A stretch of DNA of 64,000 bases. It comes from a virus. This document shows, in pieces, positions 56,441 to 64,000 of this stretch. Under the pieces are notes generated by a model. The model saw only the letters and a program-made list of their open reading frames with translations, was not told the origin of the DNA and did not search any database. Within the stretch, counting starts at the first letter, position 1, and the number at the start of each line of letters is the position of its first letter. Position numbers and translations under genes: made by a program. The stretch covers positions 44,581 to 108,580 of the IMG/VR virus record IMGVR_UViG_3300028827_000102. One strand, given 5' to 3'.

Positions 56441-56470
56441 CGGACGAGTAGTTATCTACTCGTCCGTTTC
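56441..56470 (+). terminator. Rho-independent terminator after the MCP
   Basis: CGGACGAGTAG-ttat-CTACTCGTCCG followed by TTTC. Confidence 0.8.
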
Positions 56471-56498
56471 ATTGAGTGGATACTTGCGGGGTCGGTGA

Positions 56499-57338
56499 AT
56501 GCCAAAAAAAGTAAACGACAATTTTTACCGAAAAGGACAATTTGTATTGTCCTTTAATGTGTCTTGTCCATCCGAAAAGGCTTTGGATAAGGATGTAGTT
56601 TTACGAGCAATTGGTGTATTTATTTCCGATCTGCGTGATAATACAAAATTAAAGGCATCAGAATATTTTGATATAGAACCAATTAAGGATAAAAAGAAAG
56701 ATTACGGTGACGACAAATTAATGCAAATGGTGGATAAGCAAGGCACAGAATATGTTCAGTGCTATAAAGTTGATTTTATAATTTATAATAAACTAGGCGT
56801 AACAAATTTACGCACATTAACAAGATATTTCACCGACCGTACAGAAAGTACATACCTGAGAGTTATTGACCCGCAAACCAAAATTAGGGTGAGGTTGTCC
56901 AACTTCACCATAACATTCTATTTCATAGATTTTGTTTTTAGTCCTTATGGTTCTTTCACTTGGTCTGTTCTACAAGACTTATTAGGTGAAAGAAACAGAG
57001 GATACGAAAAGTTAAAAATAATGTATAATCAGCAACACAGCCAAAGGAGGAACGCCATGCGGCGCACAGCTATTACTAACCCAGCTATTACTTTACTAAC
57101 AAACGCTACTAAGCGTTTGCAGACAACACAGGACAAAGATGAGGCGGTTTTGGCCATTAATGATATCATTGATGCCGCCAATGATATTCTTGATGATATC
57201 ACAAGATCTGCTTCTTACGAACGAGTAACTCGTAGAAAGCGCATAAGCGAGAAAGACTTTAACGAAGCAACACAGCGTCGAGTACTTCGGCGCATTTTAG
57301 CTGAGCGTCGTGAACGTAGAGAGTGCAAATGCCGTTAG
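56499..57338 (+). CDS. Hypothetical head-region protein; internal start at 57057
   Basis: AAGGAGG-6 nt-ATG in frame at 57057. Confidence 0.6.
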   Translation: MPKKVNDNFYRKGQFVLSFNVSCPSEKALDKDVVLRAIGVFISDLRDNTKLKASEYFDIEPIKDKKKDYGDDKLMQMVDKQGTEYVQCYKVDFIIYNKLGVTNLRTLTRYFTDRTESTYLRVIDPQTKIRVRLSNFTITFYFIDFVFSPYGSFTWSVLQDLLGERNRGYEKLKIMYNQQHSQRRNAMRRTAITNPAITLLTNATKRLQTTQDKDEAVLAINDIIDAANDILDDITRSASYERVTRRKRISEKDFNEATQRRVLRRILAERRERRECKCR

Positions 57339-57355
57339 TAAAATAAAGGTTTATC

Positions 57356-58075
57356 ATGCCAGATTTGTATGAATCGCTTTCTGTGTTTCGCGATAAAGCG
57401 CTAAGTGTATACGAACAGATAGAACGTGATTTGTCTCGTTTGTCTCGTTTGGCTGATACTATAGAACGTATGGCAGATAAATTTAATGAATTTTGGGTTG
57501 ACGGGGATAAATGGGAAGGCTACTCTGACGCATATGGTTCTGTGGGCACACAGTTGATAGAAATAGCAGAACGTTTTAGAGAGCCAGTTAATTATGCTGC
57601 CAGAGTAAAAAAGATGCTTAATTCTCTTTCGCGTGTACCAATGAACGAGGCAGAGGAAGGTATATATGACGAAATAGCTTCTGTTTTTGGAAGTAGATTA
57701 GCTTTACGTGCAAAGAAATCAGTGGACTGGGATATAGCTGCAGAAAGTTTTAAGCGTAAAGGTTTAGATATTTATTCGTCGGCAAAGGATACTGTAGAGG
57801 GCGCATCATTATTTGCTGTCAACTCAATTGATAAAGTAATAAAAACCTTATCAGAAAATAATTTTTCCGTTGATGTATTAGATGATTTGGCTGAATCTGG
57901 ATTAGGTTTAGTTGATGCTTCTATTACTATGGAAAATCTTGGACAACAAGCTGATGCTTTATGGGCGCTTTTAGATGATTATATCGATAGATTATCAAAT
58001 AATCCGACCAAAAACGATAGATATATAGAAAAATTAGAAGGTGCGGCTAGAGCTTTATTCTATGGAGAAAAGTAG
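57356..58075 (+). CDS. Helical hypothetical protein
   Basis: SD AAGGT; 239 aa. Confidence 0.6.
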   Translation: MPDLYESLSVFRDKALSVYEQIERDLSRLSRLADTIERMADKFNEFWVDGDKWEGYSDAYGSVGTQLIEIAERFREPVNYAARVKKMLNSLSRVPMNEAEEGIYDEIASVFGSRLALRAKKSVDWDIAAESFKRKGLDIYSSAKDTVEGASLFAVNSIDKVIKTLSENNFSVDVLDDLAESGLGLVDASITMENLGQQADALWALLDDYIDRLSNNPTKNDRYIEKLEGAARALFYGEK

Positions 58076-58450
58076 ATGTTTACACTAGACGATGCGATTT
58101 CTGTGGGAAGAGAAATTGGTATAGATTGGGACAGCGCAGATTTTTCTCCAGATGATTTACTAAAAGGAATGGAAGTAGAATTGGAACATGGAACAGCGTT
58201 AGATGAAAGAGTAAATATAACTGATGATGACCCCGTTTTAACAGCAAAGATAGCTTGGGCTCATTTAATGGAATCGCCTTTATACTATGAATTTTTAGAG
58301 CAGATGGAAAGAAATATGGAAGCCGTGTCTTCGTATATATCTGGAGATGCAAGAGAGAAAGCAGCAGGAATGATTAAGATAGCTGAGTCTAGTGATAGTG
58401 CTGTTGCTCATATTTTACTAGAAGCGGCAGAAAAACTACTTGATCTATGA
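58076..58450 (+). CDS. DUF5661-like protein
   Basis: GMEVELEHG...TDDD...TAKIA.AHL.E.P.YY..L..ME. Confidence 0.7.
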   Translation: MFTLDDAISVGREIGIDWDSADFSPDDLLKGMEVELEHGTALDERVNITDDDPVLTAKIAWAHLMESPLYYEFLEQMERNMEAVSSYISGDAREKAAGMIKIAESSDSAVAHILLEAAEKLLDL

Positions 58451-60162
58451 AAAAAGTAGCAATAATTAAACCTTGTGAAAAGCGTGATATTGATCCGGAT
58501 CGTCCTTTAAAAGACCAAAAAGTGTGTCTATACGCACACCCTAAGACACCAAAAGAAAAGAAAAAGGGGCATGGAAAATTATTAGGTAGGCATCCAAACG
58601 AGGAGTCAGCAGTGAAGCAAGAAAAAGCAATAAAAGCTAGACAATCCGCAATTAGAAGATATGTATCGACCGCATTGTTGGATGAATTTTCTGTGCTCAA
58701 TGGTGGGTCTGATTTTACACGTATTGCTGATATATGTGTAAATTCAGCGATGGTGCGCAAACGGAGAGATCTGAAAGAAGCATCTGAAACGGTAGCACTC
58801 AAATATGGTATTTCGTCTTTTCCAGTTGATGCTATGTACAATAGAGCGATATACCTTATTAATGCTGCTGAGAAAAAATTAGACGACGTACACACAGTTT
58901 TAGCCGAAGATACTTCTGATGATACTATACAATCGTCTGATAAGTATTCGATATGGTGGAATGGTGCGGATGAAGTATGGGTAGTATCATCCCAGGATGA
59001 TCAAATATCCATACCACTAGAAATGGATAAACATTCCACCACAACAGAATTGATATCTGCTGCTTTAAGTCTGGATCTGCCTGGTGATCCAAGCAGAAAA
59101 GATTTTCTTGTTATACCGTTCTCGGGCGATACAATATATGGAGAGGTTTTGGGGGAGGATGAAGACATGCACAAAAAACAAGCTTCCGGTTGGGAAGGCG
59201 AACCCAAAGGATGGACAAATAAGTCCAAAGAACAATTTTTTGAGTCTCTGGGCGGATCAGTAAGCGAATGTATAAAAAAGATGGAAGGGGACGTTGACGA
59301 TCCCGAGGCTTTTTGTGCGTCGCTAGCTGATGAAGTGGAAGGCACTGCTTGGAGACACAAACCAAGGAAGGGTAACATGAAAAAGAAGGCAGAAGTAATT
59401 GTAGTAAACGGTGTGCGCTATGTTGAGGCACATGGTGCAACAGTTACAGACAAAGTAAAAGACTTTTTTAAGTCTCTGAGTTCGAGTAAAAGTGACGCGG
59501 CTGAAGGTGGGACAAAAAGTTGTGGTTGTGGCCGCAGAAGCGGTGGAAAGGTGGTGAAGCTTCCTACCGATTGTGTAGAAGAAGTGATAGGGGTTGCTTT
59601 TGGCGACTCCGATACCACTGTGTTTGAAAAGAAAGGTGATACGTGGTTAGTTAACAATGTAGATAGCAATGGTGTTATTGACGATCCACTTATCATGGCT
59701 TTGGTAAGCTATTGTGAGATGAACAAAACAGCCAATCATTTTGCTCGGCTCGCCCCAGATGGTTTCATGCGTCCAGAGATAGTAAAGGATACATTTTATC
59801 TGTTAACAGACGACACCGGTGAAACCATTTATGTACCGGCAGAATTTCTGGACAGCAAAGATGTAGAGCAGGCAAAATCTGTTGTAGAAGACGGTAGAGA
59901 CTTTAATGTAAAAGGAACCAGCTTGGAAGATTTCGTGCTTGGTGATATGATTACAGATATTAGTGAAGAAAAAGGCTGGTTTGCTCGTTTGTCTGCTCCC
60001 GGTTATCTGGATGCTACAGAGTGGTCTGGTCCGTTTGATTCCGAAAAAGAGGCAGAAGAATATTTAGATGAGATGTACGGTGAGGATGAATGGGTAGACG
60101 AGGATGAATACGGTCTTCCTCCGGTGGACGAGGAAAAACAGGAAATGCCTTTTGAAAAATAA
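58447..60162 (+). CDS. Mosaic multidomain head (internal) protein
   Basis: KLLGRHP.EE.A..QE.AI module, CIKKM...DPEAFCAS module, GWFARLSAPGYLD.TEW.GPF module. Confidence 0.65.
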   Translation: MKKVAIIKPCEKRDIDPDRPLKDQKVCLYAHPKTPKEKKKGHGKLLGRHPNEESAVKQEKAIKARQSAIRRYVSTALLDEFSVLNGGSDFTRIADICVNSAMVRKRRDLKEASETVALKYGISSFPVDAMYNRAIYLINAAEKKLDDVHTVLAEDTSDDTIQSSDKYSIWWNGADEVWVVSSQDDQISIPLEMDKHSTTTELISAALSLDLPGDPSRKDFLVIPFSGDTIYGEVLGEDEDMHKKQASGWEGEPKGWTNKSKEQFFESLGGSVSECIKKMEGDVDDPEAFCASLADEVEGTAWRHKPRKGNMKKKAEVIVVNGVRYVEAHGATVTDKVKDFFKSLSSSKSDAAEGGTKSCGCGRRSGGKVVKLPTDCVEEVIGVAFGDSDTTVFEKKGDTWLVNNVDSNGVIDDPLIMALVSYCEMNKTANHFARLAPDGFMRPEIVKDTFYLLTDDTGETIYVPAEFLDSKDVEQAKSVVEDGRDFNVKGTSLEDFVLGDMITDISEEKGWFARLSAPGYLDATEWSGPFDSEKEAEEYLDEMYGEDEWVDEDEYGLPPVDEEKQEMPFEK

Positions 60163-60167
60163 TTTGC

Positions 60168-60410
60168 ATGAATGATTTGTTGGACAATGTAATTAAAAAT
60201 GCAGATGTGTCTAGGCTTCTGTGTGTTGCTATAGCAACAGAAGCAGTAAAAATGAATATATCAGATTTATCATATAAAGACATATCTCGTGCATTTAGAT
60301 CGATAGTACGCAGCTTACAACGCAAACCTTTTACGGAAGAGTGTCGTCTGTTGGTGCGTTTAGGTCCAGCAGATTATTTAAGACAAATAAGTAGGCAACT
60401 AAACAGATGA
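60168..60410 (+). CDS. Small hypothetical protein
   Basis: 80 aa; ATGA overlap with the next gene. Confidence 0.5.
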   Translation: MNDLLDNVIKNADVSRLLCVAIATEAVKMNISDLSYKDISRAFRSIVRSLQRKPFTEECRLLVRLGPADYLRQISRQLNR

Positions 60411-60736
60411 AAACTGATCAGATACCGATACGTTCGGTACCTCTTTTTCATGTTGGTTCTATCGTAGAGACGGATGAAGGATTAGGGGAGATTATAGATA
60501 TAGTTATACAGGCAGGAAAGTATGATAGATGGGAATTAGATCCACCCAAATTGGTAATCATGTTGGAAAATGGATCTATTTTAAATGCTTGTATGTGTTC
60601 AATAAGAATACCAGAATCAGAAAAAGCTACTGAATTGCTTCACCGCGAATATGATAGATTATGGCCACCAGTAGATGTGGATGGTGGTTATATTTATGAG
60701 GAAGATGATAATACAGTGATACGAGAAGGTGAATAA
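60407..60736 (+). CDS. SH3/KOW-like hypothetical protein
   Basis: FHVGSIVET..G.GEII.I. Confidence 0.55.
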   Translation: MKTDQIPIRSVPLFHVGSIVETDEGLGEIIDIVIQAGKYDRWELDPPKLVIMLENGSILNACMCSIRIPESEKATELLHREYDRLWPPVDVDGGYIYEEDDNTVIREGE

Positions 60737-61428
60737 TGAAGGTTGGCGATAGAATAAAAGAGCTTGGTGGGATTGATTTTGGTTCTGGTGCTGTTGTCGA
60801 GAGCATAGATAACGATATTATTTATCTTAAACTGGATTCTGGCGAACGTATAAAAGTTGATATGTCAGATTTTGGTGCTTCGGTATCTGACGACGACATC
60901 ATACCTGATAATTCTTTTTACGATTCTGACGCTTTACATAGCCCAGAATTACATAATATCAGAAGTTTGCCGTTGTGGTGGGGACCAAGGGATCCTAATA
61001 TGCCAAGCTCGATTACAAGGGTAATATGGCAGCCTATAAATTACATAAATCGTAATTGGCAGAGAAGGTGGGGTATGAATAAAACAGCTTATAGTAATAT
61101 ACGTGTACTGCCGAGACGTATGCGAATAGATAAGTGGGTAGAAGAAAAAGACCATCCTCTTAATACAGAAGATCTGATTGCACTTACAGAAACTTTGTGG
61201 GAAGAATATAAAGATAAACAAAATACGTATTTACCTGAAAGAGGAAAAGCTGGTAGTTTGCCGCTTTATCTATTTGCTATAGCTTTTATGCGTAGACATA
61301 ACCTTTCTCCAGAAGAATTGTTATTATTGTTTGAATTTATGGTTGCTACAGGTCTCATATTGTATACAGAATATCAGTATGTTTTAGATACTATTGACGG
61401 TGCTCTAGCTTATTACTTGGACAAGTAG
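60736..61428 (+). CDS. Hypothetical protein with N-terminal SH3-like domain
   Basis: MKVGDRIK...G.G.V..I; TAATG coupling. Confidence 0.6.
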   Translation: MKVGDRIKELGGIDFGSGAVVESIDNDIIYLKLDSGERIKVDMSDFGASVSDDDIIPDNSFYDSDALHSPELHNIRSLPLWWGPRDPNMPSSITRVIWQPINYINRNWQRRWGMNKTAYSNIRVLPRRMRIDKWVEEKDHPLNTEDLIALTETLWEEYKDKQNTYLPERGKAGSLPLYLFAIAFMRRHNLSPEELLLLFEFMVATGLILYTEYQYVLDTIDGALAYYLDK

Positions 61429-61429
61429 T

Positions 61430-62698
61430 ATGCCCAGACCATTCTATCTCAGGAAAGCGGATATAAAAGGAATTGAAAAGGCTAAAGAATCTGGCTACAC
61501 CGATAATGATATAGCTAAAGCTATAGAAGTATCAGAAAAATTGCTAGTATCGGCTGGATTATCTCCCACTGTTGTATCTATAGAAGCAGAAGAAGATGGG
61601 TTAGATGTGCAAATGGCGATAAAATCGCCGTTTAATATAGTTATAACTGTTGATCTGTCGGCAAAGAGACGGAAGATACAAGAATTACAAGCAAGAATTT
61701 GTGATGCGATATATACAGCACATAAAAAAGATATAATTGGTCTGCTTGATGCAATTACGTTTATCATAACCAATAAAATCAGACCAATGGAAAGAATTAA
61801 CCCCGATGATGAAAATATAGAGAAAAATGACGCAAAGGAATGGTTAATTTATACTATTACCACAGACTGGAACAGTTTGGATATTGATATATTTAGCAGG
61901 AATCGATTTATCAGTCAGATGACAGAGGCTTTGTTAAATGATGGTGAATTACCTAATGATGCAGGTAAAGTGGCACCAAAAGACGCGCAAGCAGCGATAG
62001 AGGTGGCACAAAGTTTATCTGACAAGGATTGGGAAGACGTAGTAAAGGAAATAAAAAGTTCTGGAGGTATAGCATACGTACCTACCAAAAAACTAATAGA
62101 TAAAGCAGTGAAAGAACTTACCTCGCATGAGGGTAACATTACAATGTACGATGTAGTGGTTGTAGACGACGAGGTAATGGTAAGTATACCCACAAAGTAC
62201 AGATATGTTTATTACGTTCTTCAACGTACTCCTGGCAATAAAATGAATCCGGTTGATGGTATGTTGGTAGTGTGTGATAGTACAATTCACACCGGACCGG
62301 ATTTAAATAAGATGAAGAAACTTATAACAGTTGCCATAGATCTAGATATAGGAAGAGATAATACACCTAGAAGTGAGATAAATCGTCCTAAACGCCCTGA
62401 CAAGCAGAAAAAAGATACCGTCGATTCGCAACTGCTGGAAAACAGTTTGGTGTTTTATTATAATGCTGACGATAATTCTATAACATATAAGTATAAGTTT
62501 GGTTCTGGAACGATTTCGTTTGATGAATATGCTCGATTGTGGTTCCCGGATAAAGAAACGATGAAATCTAGGTGGTTTACTATGATGCAACAGGGTGGCG
62601 TAAAAGACGCACTCTTAGTACAAGACGGAAAGGTATTCTTGCTAGATTCTGCTACCGGCAAACCTGTCCGTGACCTTGGTTACCTACCTGAAAAATAA
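61430..62698 (+). CDS. Hypothetical protein
   Basis: 422 aa ORF. Confidence 0.65.
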   Translation: MPRPFYLRKADIKGIEKAKESGYTDNDIAKAIEVSEKLLVSAGLSPTVVSIEAEEDGLDVQMAIKSPFNIVITVDLSAKRRKIQELQARICDAIYTAHKKDIIGLLDAITFIITNKIRPMERINPDDENIEKNDAKEWLIYTITTDWNSLDIDIFSRNRFISQMTEALLNDGELPNDAGKVAPKDAQAAIEVAQSLSDKDWEDVVKEIKSSGGIAYVPTKKLIDKAVKELTSHEGNITMYDVVVVDDEVMVSIPTKYRYVYYVLQRTPGNKMNPVDGMLVVCDSTIHTGPDLNKMKKLITVAIDLDIGRDNTPRSEINRPKRPDKQKKDTVDSQLLENSLVFYYNADDNSITYKYKFGSGTISFDEYARLWFPDKETMKSRWFTMMQQGGVKDALLVQDGKVFLLDSATGKPVRDLGYLPEK

Positions 62699-62723
62699 GC
62701 CATTTCAAAGTCCCTCCTTCTCC

Positions 62724-62737
62724 TTAACTTTTAATAG
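62724..62737 (+). promoter_or_regulatory. Candidate late promoter
   Basis: TTAACTTTTAATAG upstream of a structural gene. Confidence 0.5.
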
Positions 62738-62782
62738 GACAGGTTTTATCATTTACCATTTTCTGGTAGAGGTTTATTTTCC

Positions 62783-63991
62783 ATGTTAAAATCTACAGTC
62801 ATATCAAGGGATGTTTCTGGTAATACCACACTTACACACAATGTAAGCGGTGGCACATATTCAGGTGAACCGTCTGGTACTTCTGCGGGGTTTTGGATAA
62901 AAGCACAAGGTAATCAGACATATGATGCTTACGAAATGACCTATACGGTAAGTGGAGGTGATGCTACCACTACTGTTAGTTTCAGGCCATGGTATTATAT
63001 GGTTGATCATCTTACAGGCGGATCGCCTGGTTGGGTAGCTGGTACAGCTATGGAGGACTTACCTGTTTCTTCTGCTTCAGGTGGTTCCGCTCCTGTACAA
63101 CGTATTAATTCTGTTCCAACAGCTGCTTTACGAATGTATATTCAGGTAACAGGTACAGATGGCACAGCTCCAACGGATGTATATATAACAGTTTATGGTA
63201 TAGAAGGGATGGTGGCTGATGTTTCTAGCGGCACTTCTTCTGGAGGTGGAGGTAGTTCTTCTGCTTCTGCTAGTGCTTCTGCGGGTGGTGGAGACGCTTT
63301 ATACATATCTCCGGAAGATTTTGTGGTGACTTATACAAGTGCAACCACTTTAACCCTTACTGGCCTGCCTTATACTCCTGATATAGAACAGTTTGTTTCT
63401 GTTTCTGTATTTGATTCAACAGGCAAAGAAACGGTTTATACCCCTTCGTCCAATGCATTTTCATACAATAGTTCTACAGGGGTATTAACAGTATCTGGGG
63501 CAACTTTTTCTGCTACTGATGGTGGTTATAGAGTATTAGTATGGGGACCGGATAAAGCATACAGTCAGTCAATAGACGCTAAACAAGAATTATTGGTAAA
63601 TCCTCCTTGGGATCATTACAGTACTGGAGTACTTTTAGAAAAAACGTCTTATGCCGATACAACTGGAGATTATTATTATTTAGATATGTCTGGCTTTACC
63701 AATGGAAGCTTTCAGCTAATACTGGATGGGGGTTCAGGTACAATTACAGCCACTCTTGAAGGAACGATACAGGATGACGGTACTGCTCCTTCTGCTTGTT
63801 CTTATGCAGACATAACCAATGCTACTTTTGGTACAGCATCTTTTAGTGCTACCACACCTGCTAGTACTTTTATGGCCATAGATAATACTAGTAAGTTGGG
63901 TGGGTATAAATACCTACGTTGGAAAATAGTAGTAAATACCGGTGGTGCGAATGATGCTAGTGCTGATATTTACTACAAACTGTGGTATTAA
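62783..63991 (+). CDS. Virion structural protein (fibre/decoration-like, beta-rich)
   Basis: SD AGAGGT; T/S/G-rich beta domains with a GS linker; ends KYLRWK...ADIY. Confidence 0.6.
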   Translation: MLKSTVISRDVSGNTTLTHNVSGGTYSGEPSGTSAGFWIKAQGNQTYDAYEMTYTVSGGDATTTVSFRPWYYMVDHLTGGSPGWVAGTAMEDLPVSSASGGSAPVQRINSVPTAALRMYIQVTGTDGTAPTDVYITVYGIEGMVADVSSGTSSGGGGSSSASASASAGGGDALYISPEDFVVTYTSATTLTLTGLPYTPDIEQFVSVSVFDSTGKETVYTPSSNAFSYNSSTGVLTVSGATFSATDGGYRVLVWGPDKAYSQSIDAKQELLVNPPWDHYSTGVLLEKTSYADTTGDYYYLDMSGFTNGSFQLILDGGSGTITATLEGTIQDDGTAPSACSYADITNATFGTASFSATTPASTFMAIDNTSKLGGYKYLRWKIVVNTGGANDASADIYYKLWY

Positions 63992-64000
63992 TACTGTGAG

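Noticed and set aside
1-64000. Genome-wide stop-codon reassignment
   Set aside because: Conserved genes are full length in the standard code; TGA ends many genes in ATGA overlaps, and TAG and TAA also terminate genes. The SSB case is local.

Overview
This is a 64 kb segment of a large, AT-rich, tailed dsDNA (jumbo-type) bacteriophage genome using the standard genetic code. The left 37.4 kb is mostly minus strand. It holds a replication/recombination module (ATP-dependent ligase, SbcCD/gp46-47, DnaX-like clamp loader, RecA/UvsX, SSB, sigma-70-type factor, Cas4-like nuclease, primase, dCTP deaminase, type IIA topoisomerase A and B, UDG-fused family A DNA polymerase), followed by virion/tail genes and a probable lysis cassette. 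The right part is mostly plus strand: terminase, portal, an accessory island (HD hydrolase, response regulator, Rep_trans-like protein beside an iteron/hairpin region, degenerate CCA-type nucleotidyltransferase, second AdoMetDC), then scaffold, prohead protease, capsid and head proteins. From memory, the gene set resembles the RSL1/Lu11/PaBG/Y3 group of jumbo myoviruses; this was not verified by search. Highlights: (1) a bacterial-type histone with a lysine-rich N-terminal tail inside the recombination operon, in a genome that also encodes a protamine-like head protein, acidic chaperone-like proteins and two AdoMetDC paralogs; (2) a hidden in-frame Cys4 extension behind the SSB UGA stop that exactly fills the gap to recA, suggesting programmed readthrough; (3) a Rep_trans-like initiator next to a putative origin; (4) a recurrent TTAA-N4-TAGTAG candidate late promoter, paired with a sigma factor whose region 4.2 is degenerate; (5) several in-frame internal starts with strong SD sites in head genes. 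All family assignments come from motif recognition by eye; no searches were run.
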